Shown: positions 32,641-43,789, counted from the first letter of the stretch. The stretch: 64,000 nucleotides of DNA from Microcoleus sp. (GCA_042408215.1 JAYFMW010000006.1:736001-800000), one strand, 5' to 3'. Numbers and translations are program-made. Notes: generated by a model not told the origin, from the sequence alone.

Positions 32641-34564
32641 AAGACTCCCTTCCAGAAGCCCATTTATCCCGCCATTTTACCGTCCCTTCCGAAGCCAAAA
32701 CCCACCGCCGACAAACCAAATTTTCTCGCAGCGGCGACAATCCTTCCCGCAGCAGCACATACTTATAAGCAATCAGCTTACCCGCACTTTCATCAAAAGG
32801 AATTTCCCCAAACCAAGTATTAGTATTGATGTACTCCAGCGGATAAGCCTTACTAATATCCCAATTACCCAATTCAGGACAATCACCGATGACCACAATT
32901 CTTTCCCCCGGCTGACTCTTCACGCTATTAAGCTGCGCCCGCACAATAGTTTTCCCCTTAACTCGATCGCCCACATGACTAAAAATCATCACTCCCCGCG
33001 AGCCTAATTCTAAATTATACAGCATTCCCTCTTTCACTTCAAACTTGCGACGCGATAAAACCTCCATATGTTCTCCATCTGGCAACTCAGTATCAACAGA
33101 TTCAACAGTAACAGCATTGCCGCGATTCATCGCTACAAACACCACCGAATCCCGATAGAGGCGCACGTAACAATAAACATCAGGAGTCAGATATTTTTGC
33201 CACTGACTCCCCATAGAAATAGCAGGATTCAGCCGTCGCAATTCTGACAGCAACCGTAGATCTCGGTAAAGCGGCGAATCAGTATCCCACTTTTCCATCA
33301 TCGGGCGGTTGTAAGGATCATTCCCGTCCTCTGTATCATCGTGCAGATACTGTTCAGTACCATAATAAATGCACGGAATACCACGAATTGTCTGAATTAA
33401 ATTAATCGCCAACCTGAGCATTTGTGGCTCGGGATTCAATGATTGAAACCGAGGCATATCATGATTATCAATAAAGGTAATCAACTCCGTCGCCCCGTAG
33501 TAGCGGTGATCCAAATCAAGTACATCTTGAATCAACTGAAATCCCATCTCAGCACCCTGTGCTAATGCTCCTCTAATTGCCACACACAAACCGAAATCTA
33601 AAATAGTCATCCCCGAATTGTTGACAAATTCGACAGAACGGTGATTTCTGGGGTCGCTGTAAATCCACTCACCAAAGATAAAAACATCAGGTCTGTGTGT
33701 TAAGATATCCGCAGTAAATTCCTGCCAAAACCAGATAGGCATATGCTTTACAGTATCAACTCGCAAAGCATCAACACCTCGATCCAGCCACTGTTTAATT
33801 GCTGATTTAATGTAACTGCGGTAGGCCGTATTATTTTCATTGAAAGTCGCCAAACCGGACAGTTCGCAGTTGTGAACTTGCCATTCATCTTCCCAATTTG
33901 TCACTTCGCCGTAGTGGTGATACCAGTTATCTTCATCGTCGTTAAAATCAGCTATTTTTACCCCATCGTCATAGAGTTCTCCTTTTTTACCACTAAAATC
34001 CGGGTTGCTGTGGTTGCAGACAATATCAAGGACCAGTTTCATTTTTCGCTGGTGCAACTCCTCTACTAATTTGTCAAATACTGTATCTTTGGTTTCTTGT
34101 GTTTGGTTGACAGAAGGATTATCACCTTTGGCAATAAACCGAGGATTTAGTCGCTTGAAATCTTTAGTCCAGTAGCCATGCATCGCAGCTTGTTCCACAA
34201 ATAAAGCTTCTACTTGCTCGAACAGAGGAGTCAGCCAAACAGCAGTTACTCCCATGTCTTTTAAGTAGTCGAGTTTGTCAATTATTCCCTGCAAATCGCC
34301 GCCCCAATATTTGCCCCAGTCTTTCCCTTCAGGATCGTAAAGTTCTGGATTTGGGCCTTCGTTATTTTCCGGGTCGCCATCGTAAAAGCGATCGACTACA
34401 ATGAAATAAATTGTTTCTTGTCGAAATTCAATGTCTCTAGTGTAGAGGAATTCTAAATCAATTTCGCTTGATGGTTTAACTTCTGCTACCAAAGAGTCAA
34501 TTTTTTCTTCTGCTTTGGTAGTTTCGTATTGATCTAAAACTTGAGTAGGAGTGACTGGTTTCAT
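32639..34564 (-). CDS. GH13 alpha-amylase/cyclomaltodextrin glucanotransferase-like protein with CBM20
   Basis: DRFYDG, GGDLQG, HGYW, RVDTVKH, GEW, DNHD; CBM20 ELGNWD. Confidence 0.92.
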   Translation of the reverse strand: MKPVTPTQVLDQYETTKAEEKIDSLVAEVKPSSEIDLEFLYTRDIEFRQETIYFIVVDRFYDGDPENNEGPNPELYDPEGKDWGKYWGGDLQGIIDKLDYLKDMGVTAVWLTPLFEQVEALFVEQAAMHGYWTKDFKRLNPRFIAKGDNPSVNQTQETKDTVFDKLVEELHQRKMKLVLDIVCNHSNPDFSGKKGELYDDGVKIADFNDDEDNWYHHYGEVTNWEDEWQVHNCELSGLATFNENNTAYRSYIKSAIKQWLDRGVDALRVDTVKHMPIWFWQEFTADILTHRPDVFIFGEWIYSDPRNHRSVEFVNNSGMTILDFGLCVAIRGALAQGAEMGFQLIQDVLDLDHRYYGATELITFIDNHDMPRFQSLNPEPQMLRLAINLIQTIRGIPCIYYGTEQYLHDDTEDGNDPYNRPMMEKWDTDSPLYRDLRLLSELRRLNPAISMGSQWQKYLTPDVYCYVRLYRDSVVFVAMNRGNAVTVESVDTELPDGEHMEVLSRRKFEVKEGMLYNLELGSRGVMIFSHVGDRVKGKTIVRAQLNSVKSQPGERIVVIGDCPELGNWDISKAYPLEYINTNTWFGEIPFDESAGKLIAYKYVLLREGLSPLRENLVCRRWVLASEGTVKWRDKWASGRES

Positions 34565-35084
34565 GAGATGTGTTTTTTTATAGGTGAAACTAATCAGTTA
34601 AAGTTAGGGTCAGTAGCCGATCGCCCTTCAAACCAACTTTGATAAAATCATAAATAATTTACCTGTTTAATAACATCTTCCTTTAGACAGATTGCGGACT
34701 CGTCTATATATAGGTTTGTAATGAGAACGACCGTCATCATAAAACTCTGAGGACGGTCGTCTGCTCAACCGAGGACAATTCATAAGCTGAAAATTAAGCT
34801 GTCTTGACTGATTTAAATTATCACAGGACTTACGCAGCTATTGTGTCTGTCATTCTGATCCAACGCATCCTGAGCATTGCGAAGGATCAGGACTGCAAAG
34901 AATCGAGCGAGATTCTTCACTTCCTTCCCTTCACTCAGGACTCAGAATGACAAAATTACGTTGAAATGCGTCCAGGACTATTATAAATGATGTACTAAAA
35001 AAACAGAACACCCAGATACCGGACTTCTTAAAGAAGTCCGGTATCTAACAGAAAAGCGTTTTACGTTTAATTAAGTTGACATAC

Positions 35085-35579
35085 TTATTCGGTCAAATCG
35101 ACTTTTCGAATCTCTTCTAGCGTCATATCCAAGCATTGCGCGATTTGCTCATCGCTCAAACCTACTGCTTGTAAGCGATCGATCGCCTCAATTTTCGCCC
35201 GCTGCTTTCCCCGCAAAAACTCAGGCGACTCTTCCTGTGACGTGCAGATATTCAGCGATCCGATTACATTACCGCTACCAACATTGCCATTACCAAAGAT
35301 AGTGAACTTGTGACTATTAACAATCCCTTTCCGTAATAACACTGAGCGCAAGTTTAATTTATTAACCTCTTCTCCGAAAGCATCAGAGAACAACTCCCAT
35401 AGCTCGTAGCCCACATCTTTAGCATAACCCTCAGTACAGTTCAGCCCTTGGGCAATATCTCCGTACTTTTGCCGCTTCAAAACGCCCTCAATCACGCCAA
35501 ATTGCATATCATCTAAATGCTTGCCAGTTTTCGCAAAGACCACTTCATCTGCAAAAGCCAGTGCTTCTTGAACGTTCAT
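35085..35579 (-). CDS. Stand-alone HTH protein resembling the N-terminal HTH of cyanobacterial NB-ARC/AAA proteins
   Basis: KHLDDMQ..VIEG..YGDIA...YAKDVGYELW..S..FGE.V.K.N pattern. Confidence 0.75.
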   Translation of the reverse strand: MNVQEALAFADEVVFAKTGKHLDDMQFGVIEGVLKRQKYGDIAQGLNCTEGYAKDVGYELWELFSDAFGEEVNKLNLRSVLLRKGIVNSHKFTIFGNGNVGSGNVIGSLNICTSQEESPEFLRGKQRAKIEAIDRLQAVGLSDEQIAQCLDMTLEEIRKVDLTE

Positions 35580-35778
35580 CAGGTTTCCTCAAAAGCCCAC
35601 AATCATAAAATTATAACCGTCTAGATCCGACTATTTTCGCCTTCAATACAAAAACGATTGAATAGCTCTTAAATTTTTCTGCATTATCCGACTTTTTTCG
35701 ACTTTTTTCGACTAGACAAATCCATCTGCAAGTTGTATTGTTGTGAGTTTAAAACCATCGCTCAATAAAAATCCACTT

Positions 35779-36009
35779 ATGACGACTACCCAGCTCGCTC
35801 TCGACAAGAAAGCATATCCTTTGATGATGCACCTGAGCATCTTGCCGAAGTACGACATCTCCGAAGATCCATCTATTAGCTAAGATCCCAGCACGCAAAC
35901 CTCTAACATCACCTCCATGAGCGGCTCCTGGTGTACTCGGAGTGCCTGCTTTTCTGAAGGTGTTTGACCTTTTCAAACATTCGATGATGATCGACAAGAA
36001 GATGATTAA
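35779..36009 (+). pseudogene. Putative ATP-grasp RiPP (graspetide) precursor with two in-frame stops
   Basis: Manual translation MTTTQLALDKKAYPLMMHLSILPKYDISEDPSIS*DPSTQTSNITSMSGSWCTRSACFSEGV*PFQTFDDDRQEDD*; lies upstream of the ATP-grasp gene. Confidence 0.65.
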
Positions 36010-36431
36010 AACTTCTCCTGAGTAATAGATTTTCAAACGGCTCTCTTATTTTTTAAAATACCTATATAGCAGTTTTAAATCGGATGAAATACAGCAGACG
36101 GCTGTAGGGACACGGCAGTGCCGTGTCCCTACCGCACATCTGTACTTCACTCAACTGAGAAATGCTATAAGTAGAAGTCCGATGGAAGTCGTTCGATGGA
36201 AGTCGGAAGAATGCTCATACAGCAAGCTTTTTAGCCACCAGTATCTTACGTTGAATTAAGTGGATTTACTTAATATTTTTCGTCCTACAGGTCTTTGGCC
36301 CTTGACTATACTTACAGTGGAATGTGAACAGACATATCCACATCTGAAATAGTAAAGTCATTACCTAGCAATGGTTTTAGCTATCGTGCTATACTCAATA
36401 GACTTACAAGCTGCTGTACTATAATGTAGTT

Positions 36432-37436
36432 ATGACCGACCTTTTAATCGTGACTTCCGAGACAGACATTCATGCGGATGTTGTGATCGAGGAATTGCAA
36501 AAATCGAATATTCGAGCAATTCGCTTAAATTCAGAAAGTTTTATTCAAAAAAGTCAGTATTTTTATGAATGGCAAGCTTCTGGCCATCCCATTCAAAGTT
36601 TTTTGTCTTTTGAAGACTCCTTCAAAGAAGTGCAAGAAGTCGGCGTGATTTGGTGGCTAAAACCAGAACATTATCAAGTCTTTCCAGAAGTTAATGCTCC
36701 TTGGGGATTCAAGTATTGTCAACAGGAAACAGAATCTTTGATTGACTCTCTTTCTGGACTATATCCCAAAGCTAGATGGGTCAATCACTACTCCAAAATT
36801 AGATTTCCATCTAATCGAATTAACCAGATTCCAACGGCTCACAAGCTGGGAATTACTATCCCTCCAACACTCGTCACCAATTCCTACGATGCTGCTTGCA
36901 ACTTTGTGATACAACAGGGAAAGTGCCTTGTAAAACCGATGCGCTACTCTGGTTTTTTACATGATAAAAAGCAGTACGATTGCTATACTAGCCCCATTGA
37001 TTTAGAAACAATTGAGCAATTTCGAGAGAGCATTCGATTAGCACCCGTTTTTATTCAAAAACGAATTCAAAAGAAGGCAGAATATTGCGTTACGTTAATT
37101 GGTAAGCAAAGTTTTGTCTGCCGCATTGATGCTCAACATACCAAGGATTCAGGTGTGACTTTGGATTGGCGCGTCACGGAACCGGAGAAACTCGTTCACG
37201 TTCCCGACAAATTGCCAATGGATTACCTCAACAAACTTCATCAAATGCTTGACGAGTTAGGTTTAAATTTTGGTGCATTCGATATCATTCGCGATCGGGA
37301 TGATACGCTCTATTTTATCGAACTCAATCCCAACGGACGGTGGTATTGGATCGAAATTCTCACTAAAATGCCTATGGTTCGCGCAATGGTGGAACTCATC
37401 GAAGATTTAGCGCTTCAATATCAACAGGATTGCTGA
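36432..37436 (+). CDS. MvdC/MvdD-like ATP-grasp peptide maturase
   Basis: D.HAD.V, IPPTLVTN, VKPM, LDWR, FGAFDII, FIELNPNG.W.WIE. Confidence 0.88.
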   Translation: MTDLLIVTSETDIHADVVIEELQKSNIRAIRLNSESFIQKSQYFYEWQASGHPIQSFLSFEDSFKEVQEVGVIWWLKPEHYQVFPEVNAPWGFKYCQQETESLIDSLSGLYPKARWVNHYSKIRFPSNRINQIPTAHKLGITIPPTLVTNSYDAACNFVIQQGKCLVKPMRYSGFLHDKKQYDCYTSPIDLETIEQFRESIRLAPVFIQKRIQKKAEYCVTLIGKQSFVCRIDAQHTKDSGVTLDWRVTEPEKLVHVPDKLPMDYLNKLHQMLDELGLNFGAFDIIRDRDDTLYFIELNPNGRWYWIEILTKMPMVRAMVELIEDLALQYQQDC

Positions 37437-37553
37437 ATTTGATCGGGAATTACACATTTTATTGGCATTGCTTTGTTCCTCGCAATGACCAGGTATCAGC
37501 GCTGGGATTGCTTCGTTCCTCGCAATGACAAGGTATCAGCAAGGACAAGGTAT

Positions 37554-38138
37554 CAACGAACTACAGCCACCGCCGACTCTGGCACCTGAGAATGCTCCAC
37601 CCGGAACACATTCGAGTTCAAATTAGCATTGACACTCCCCCGTCTGAAGACACGGGGATTCTTAAGGACAAACTTTGGGGGATGAATCCACCCAAACTTC
37701 GGTTCTTAAAGGGTAAGTCAGATACCCGCTACCCACACAGCGAGTTGCTGAGTCTATGGCTACTTTGGTGCCTAACGGCTTGCAACTGTCGGGTTTTTCA
37801 CCAACTAGGTTTCAACAACTTTATCAAACCAAAATCGGTTTGTCAAGATGGGGCAGGCAGGATAAATCCTGCCACGCCCTTTCATACCTGGACTAAAGTC
37901 GCAGGGTTTTCAGGGTATTTCTTATAAGCAGAATCTCCTGTCCCACCAAGGTCACTAAAATAGTGTGTTCCACATTGTGGTAAAGAGCATCGCTATTAGC
38001 AATATTTTCCAAAGTCATACCAGCTACCCAAGCAATAATCTCTCCATAGTCGGACTTGAAGCTGCCGTAAGTATGGCGGTAGCCTTCAATTAGCCGATTC
38101 ACGAAAGCTTCTATCAGCAGTTCAGTTCCGTTAAACAT
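37554..38138 (-). pseudogene. HD-like metal-dependent phosphohydrolase with its centre missing and an IS remnant at the junction
   Basis: N-terminus DALYHNVEHTILVTLVGQEIL; C-terminal ANLNSNVFRVEH resumes below 37629. Confidence 0.65.
37629..37923 (-). mobile_element. Non-autonomous IS200/IS605 derivative (ends only)
   Basis: Right end AATCCCCGTGTCTTCAGACGGGGGAGTGTCAA like other tnpB ends in the window; left-end hairpin; no ORF. Confidence 0.75.
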
Positions 38139-38742
38139 ATTCAGTTCCCTTATCCAAACTAGCTTGTTAAATTATTTTTATATTTATTTTTTTTCGGCTA
38201 GTATTTGCTCTGAATTTTCACCGAACCTATTAGGCGGATGCCAGCTCTTATCTAGAAGCATATATTGATATTATCAACGATAATCGCTTAAATTAGCGAT
38301 CGAACAACTAGCCACTCAACACACCCTGTAAATAATTTGGAGCAATGTGCGATGAGGTATCACACCCTTCAATCACCAGTACAACAATCAAGCAATTTGG
38401 TCTCTTGCCCCCGGATTCATCTGTGGAGACTTTAAAAAGCGTAGCATCGTTCCTAACAAGCCCCCGAATTCATTCTCCTAGCGCAGGCTGACTGACGGGA
38501 GTAATTCTCACACTTCGGCTACCCGTTCGACTACACTTCGGCTTCCCTCAGGGGGGCCCGCTTTTGTGACCGGTGATTTTCAACCCGAACAATTGTGATC
38601 TATATCACCTCCCGCAGCCTGAACAAGAGCTATAGTAGGGTAAGGGTTCAAAAAATAATAAGTGCATCTCTCCACCATTCCTATCCCCAGCCCTCGTCTG
38701 CGATATATTACCCGGTCTACTTAATCATCAAGGTTCCAGGCA

Positions 38743-39176
38743 GTCTGTAACGAGCGGGCTAAAGCCACTGAGCTTGTAAGAGCAATCGAATCAAGCTGTA
38801 CTGACCAGCTATCGTCTTAACTGACTACGTTATTTGAGTCACGACACTCCTTGAATGCGACGCTAGTTTTCCGCTCTGTCATGTACGGTTAAACAGTCTT
38901 AAAGTCACGCTCGACAGTGCCGTATGTCTAACAAGCTCTGATCGCAAAGGCGTGCGTCGCATTACCCCGCAAGGGAGGCTATAAGAGAGCACAGATTATG
39001 CGTACAGGATTGGAAGGTTTGAGGCGGTAACTGTCCCGTTGAAAGTACATCACAAAAGTACACCAAATCAAGCAATCCCAAGGCGGTAGTGGAAAGATTC
39101 AAGGCGGTTGAAACCGCCCGCGTCGTTTCCCTCTCTAGGCTGAAGCCACTGAGTTTCCCACTTACCGAGTATTTTT
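38743..39176 (+). mobile_element. ORF-less IscB-type element carrying a HEARO/omega-like RNA
   Basis: GACCAGC..CTACGTT..GACAC..GCTAGTT..CTCTGTC..GTTAAACAG..CAGTG..CATTACC motif order; GGCT(A/G)AAGCCACTGAG near both ends. Confidence 0.72.
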
Positions 39177-39992
39177 ATGATTCAAGAAAACAATAAAGAT
39201 GCCGACCTTTCTCAACGCCGATATACAGATACTGTGCTGGAAAAAATCCCCGTAGAAGTTAAAGATTGGGCAGAAAGCCTGCCTTGGAACCAGCGCCGTT
39301 ACCTATTGTCCCTCTGTTACATATTGTGCGCGTCCACTCCCGACTTGCAAGCAGAATTTTTAGATGACTACACCGCTGACGGCTTAATTTCAAAAATGTT
39401 TGAAGACGTAGATACTCTGCACCGAGTCAAAGAGTATTTAATCAGGTTCCGAGTCAAAAAAGAATTAAACGAATCAGATTTAAGAAGCTACATCAAACAA
39501 TTTTACATCCACTCAGCTCAACAAGCACTCCGGGAAACTGACCAGTATTTAGAATCTGCACTCCGCTTCGTCTTGAGTACAGAAGAACGCAATAATGTTT
39601 TCAACTACATTTTAGGTTTTGAATTTCTTAAGATTGTGTTTCAAATGAGCTGGCTGCAACACGAACGATTGGCTAGGCTACAAAAAAATCAGTCGCAGTT
39701 TCTTGACACCTATATCAAACCGATTCAACACGCACACAAAATTAACGGCATAATTGTACCGAAAGATGAGAAGATTTTTTTTGCTAGACGCGCTTATTAC
39801 GTTCAAATGCCTAACATTTCCAACAACAAAGTAATTGAGTTAGTTATGGCAAGTTTTAGTACAGAAATGGTGAGTAACTGCGGGTTTTCTATCAGTCGCC
39901 ACTCTCAAGCTTTGCGGTTTGACTGCGATTACATTTACCATCCCGAACCTGAAGAAGAAAGATTTCCTACGGAATTGCAATTTATTTATTGA
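39177..39992 (+). CDS. Conserved cyanobacterial hypothetical protein
   Basis: 271-aa ORF with no motif I can assign. Confidence 0.75.
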   Translation: MIQENNKDADLSQRRYTDTVLEKIPVEVKDWAESLPWNQRRYLLSLCYILCASTPDLQAEFLDDYTADGLISKMFEDVDTLHRVKEYLIRFRVKKELNESDLRSYIKQFYIHSAQQALRETDQYLESALRFVLSTEERNNVFNYILGFEFLKIVFQMSWLQHERLARLQKNQSQFLDTYIKPIQHAHKINGIIVPKDEKIFFARRAYYVQMPNISNNKVIELVMASFSTEMVSNCGFSISRHSQALRFDCDYIYHPEPEEERFPTELQFIY

Positions 39993-40406
39993 CAATCAAG
40001 CAATTGGGCCAGGAGCCCGCGGATTGAGCCGTGGGGTGAATTCTTCAATACGCATTTCCAGAAAAGCCTGTTTAGAAGAGGCAGGATACCTGTTTCACAA
40101 TAATTATTGGAGATGTCTAATGTAAAATCGAAAATCCATAAAACCCGGTTTCTGTGGGAGTAGAGAAAAAATTTTAACTCTGCCTTGTGGAAGATAGTCT
40201 TAATTGTTGACATACTCACCCCCGCTGAAGCAGCGGTGATTCTTGACGCTTCACTGACTGATGCTACCGAAGTAGTCTTACTCTGTCTCTGCGTCCTGAA
40301 GCGAGTCGTGGGTATGCCCTATCCCGACTTTTTCTATATTTTTCGCTGCATTTTCATCTCGATCGTGTTCAGTGCCACAATTCAAGCATTGAACCGATCG
40401 GATTTT

Positions 40407-41315
40407 TCAATCCAATTTTCCCCATTTGAAACCGCAATCCGAGCAGACTTGGCTAGTAGGTTCCCATCTGCTAACTACTTTGAACTCCCTGCCAAACTTC
40501 TCGGACTTAGCCTCACAGAGAGTCCTAAACTCTCTCCATCCTTGCTGACTAATGGCTCTTGATAATTTCCGATTCTTCACCATGCCTGACACATTCAAAT
40601 CTTCCAAAATAATAGTTTGGTTTTCACTAACAATTTTGGTAGATAATTTGTGCAGGAAATCTTTGCGGGTATCCGCAATTTGATTGTGCAGTTTAGCAAT
40701 CTGAATCCGAGTTCTATTTCTACGTTTCGAGTCTTTTTGCTGACGTGCCAACTTCTTTTGGAGTTTGCGAACTTTCCGGTCTAATTCCTTGTAGGAAAGA
40801 CTTTCACATCTCTCGCCATTGCTCATCACCGCAAAGGTTTTAATCCCTAAATCGATGCCGACACTTTGATTATTGGCTTCTACTTGGATTGGTTCAATCT
40901 CTACGACAAAACTTAAGAAATAGCGTTCGGCACAGTCTTTAATCACCGTGACAGAGCTAGGTGACGAAGGGAGATTTCTCGACCATATTGGATTAACAAT
41001 TCCAATCTTGGCTAAGTAAATACCATGATCTTTAAAGGAGAACCCTCCAATTCTAAAACGCGCCGATTGGTTATTTGTTCTTTTCTTGAATTTAGGATAA
41101 CCAACTTTACGACCTGGACGCTTTCCTTTGCAGGAGTTGAAAAAGTTTTTAAAAGCTATCTCTAAATCGGCAACTGACTGTTGCAGTGGAATATTTGAGA
41201 CCTCAGATAACCACGCACGTTCAGAGGTTAACTTAGCCTGAGTGATTACTAACTTTTGGAGTTCACTAGACTTTGGCTTTTTCCCTGACTGCTTGCAGAG
41301 AGCCTGAGCATCATT
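40407..41315 (-). pseudogene. tnpB: tnpB exon 2 with a premature TGA before the final zinc-finger/RuvC-III segment
   Basis: Open frame NDAQALCKQ...GIDLG..LEDL..CSDC..GKLD*; CLNC..HDRD continues in the same frame after the stop. Confidence 0.88.
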
Positions 41316-41424
41316 GTTAGAGTCGATAGAGGCATTTCTACCTCTACCTCTCTTTCAGAACGGAACGTGAAACTTTCGTCTCATTCCGCTCCTCGATATC
41401 TTCATCCTTTTTTATGGACACAAT

Positions 41425-43128
41425 TCAAAACGGATTGCTATGATAGTCCTTATCAAGGGAACCGTCATTTTCCGTTTTTGTGTCGTGACAGTGCTTATGT
41501 AGAAGTTGTAGGTTTTTATATTCATCCTTACCGCCTAGTGAGCGGGGTAGGATCTGGTCAACTTCTACAATGTCTGTAGGTGTGAAGTACAGACCGCAGT
41601 GGGTACATTTACCTTTTTGTGTCTTAAGTAGTGTTGCCACTCTTGTTGATGTTTCAGGGTATTCTCCACGTCTCTTGCTCCAATAAATCCAGTCACCGTC
41701 ATCAGGTGTTGAATTGCCCTTTACCTTTACGTGCCTTGTAATAGGCGTTGCTGAGTGTTGGGCTAGTTCTAAACCTTCTTGTGTGCTGAAACACCAATTT
41801 CTGTCGCCTACTGTTCGCCAGTATTTGTCTTTATTGATGCTACCTTTTCCCCGTCTACTAGCCCAGGCTCTTAATTTGTCGTAGGTAAGATGATCTATCT
41901 TACTAAAGATTTCCTTACTTACTACTGTTGAGTAATAGTTTGACCATCCCCTAATTATTGGATTTAGCCTACTTATTAAGGCATATTGGGGGGAGTGACT
42001 ATGGGTGTCTATTACCTTTTTGATTTGTAAGAGATGAGCTTTGGTTTTTGGTTGGGACGGGGTGATTAACGTTTTAAAACCTAGTGGTATTCCTTTTGTA
42101 TTATTGGTACTTCGGTAGTTTCCTACCTTGTATTGTTGTACAGGTCATCCTAAAAAATCAAACCCTACATTTCCGTTGTATTCGTTGAGGGTGTGGGTTA
42201 ATTTTGTTTTGCTTGGCTTTAATTCTAAGCCTAAATCACTTAACCAATCCGCAATTATCTTTTGACAGGCTATTACTACTTCGATGTCTTTGTGGATAAT
42301 CACAAAGTCATCTGCAGATCGGCTTAAACTAATTTCATTTCTTTGGTCTCTGCCATTTCCAACGAATTGTTTAACCCGTTCTTCCATTCCATGAAGGGCT
42401 ATGTTAGCCAAAAGTGGAGAAATTACTCCTCCTTGTGGCGTACCTTCTGTGGTCGGAAAAATTTCACCTTGGTCTAATACCCCACTTTTAAGCCACGATT
42501 TAATTTGTTTTCTTAATCGCGGATAGGTATTGATTTTGTCAAGTAATGCTTTGTGATTAATGCGGTCAAAGCATTTGGCAATATCAGCGTCTAGCACATA
42601 TTTAGCTTTTTGCTTGATACTGGTGAAAATAGCTTCTCTTGCATCGTGACACGACCTACCTGGTCTAAAACCATATGAGTTTGGCTCAAAGAGAGCTTCC
42701 CATTCTGGTTCAAGAGCTGCTTTAACAACTGCTTGTAAAGCGCGGTCGTACATAGTGGGTATGCCTAATGGTCTTGACTCATTGGTTCCTGGTTTTGGTA
42801 TCATTACCCGACGTGTCGGTTGTGATTTGCCAGTTGCTTTGAGTTGACTTACTAGCTCAAAGCGTTGCTTCGGAGACAATAATTTAATACCATCCACACC
42901 TGCTGTACGTTGGCCAGTATTATCTTGCGTGACCCGTCGTACCGCTAATACCTTATTAGACCATGAATTAATCAAGGTCTTCTGAAGCTTCCTCACTGCT
43001 TTTACATCGCCACGCTCACTTGATCGAGAGATACGTTTTTGCAACTTGAATGTCAATCTTTCGGCTTTTCGCCAATTAATTTGATTCCATTCCACCGTCG
43101 GGTTATCCCGCGTTTTAGACTTATTCAT
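41425..43128 (-). pseudogene. ltrA: Group II intron RT/maturase/HNH protein, inactivated
   Basis: AGVDG, RPLGIP, GTPQGG; YADD reads SADD; stop at 42145; HNH-like C-terminus CTHC..LHKHCH. Confidence 0.9.
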
Positions 43129-43789
43129 TGCTAAAGACAGTCCCTATCCTTGAAGTTATCGTGTATCTGTCTGCATATCTCTGTCATTACAACAGAGCAT
43201 TCGCTTCTGATACAATCCCTCTCTCATATATTATTCGTTAGCTACTTACTGGGTAATCGACCTATTTCCAGAAATATGTGAGAGTTAATTCGTTCCAAAT
43301 ACACATTGATTGAGTTTTTAGTGTGATGCTATCCACCGGGTTTATGGGCGGTGCTTATAGGTCGAGTCTGGAATCGCCTATGCCCTATCCTTGCCTTTTG
43401 GCTTGGTCTTAACCAGTCCTTACCATGTTTTTCAACGGTTTTATACTTGATTCAGCCGTTAGACCATTACGGGTTACGATGGTTCTGACACATCTTCGCT
43501 TTCGCTACACATGAACTCTTGCTCGACAGTTACCAGTTTCGGCTACCAGTGGTCTGCCTTTTATCCCCGCTTTATCCTGTTGGTTGCTATACAACAAAAT
43601 AGGGGATAGGCTTTTACCGCTGCACTTGCGGATTGGGACTAAGAATTATCTGCACCCAAAAGCGTATTTAGTTGTTATGGCTTGAGAGCCATAGCTTGTA
43701 AAAGTATAGTCATTTATTACAGTGCCGTGGGAGGCATGAAGTCCCTCCCCTTTCTTTTTTACTTCGAGCGGATTGACCCTTCTAAAGCT

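Noticed and set aside
35749..36036. 95-aa minus-strand ORF
   Set aside because: No recognisable motif; it is the antisense of the more convincing precursor frame
36173..36209. CGAC repeats upstream of the ATP-grasp gene as a second HTH operator
   Set aside because: The same sequence occurs at about 57497-57520 in an unrelated context, so it is probably a generic repeat
39177..39992. Assignment as a cobyrinic acid a,c-diamide synthase, a label I recall for similar proteins
   Set aside because: No P-loop or glutamine amidotransferase motif is visible
42145..43128. RT as a retron, DGR or defence RT
   Set aside because: It lies inside clear group II intron boundaries with maturase/HNH remnants; SADD plus a stop indicates decay
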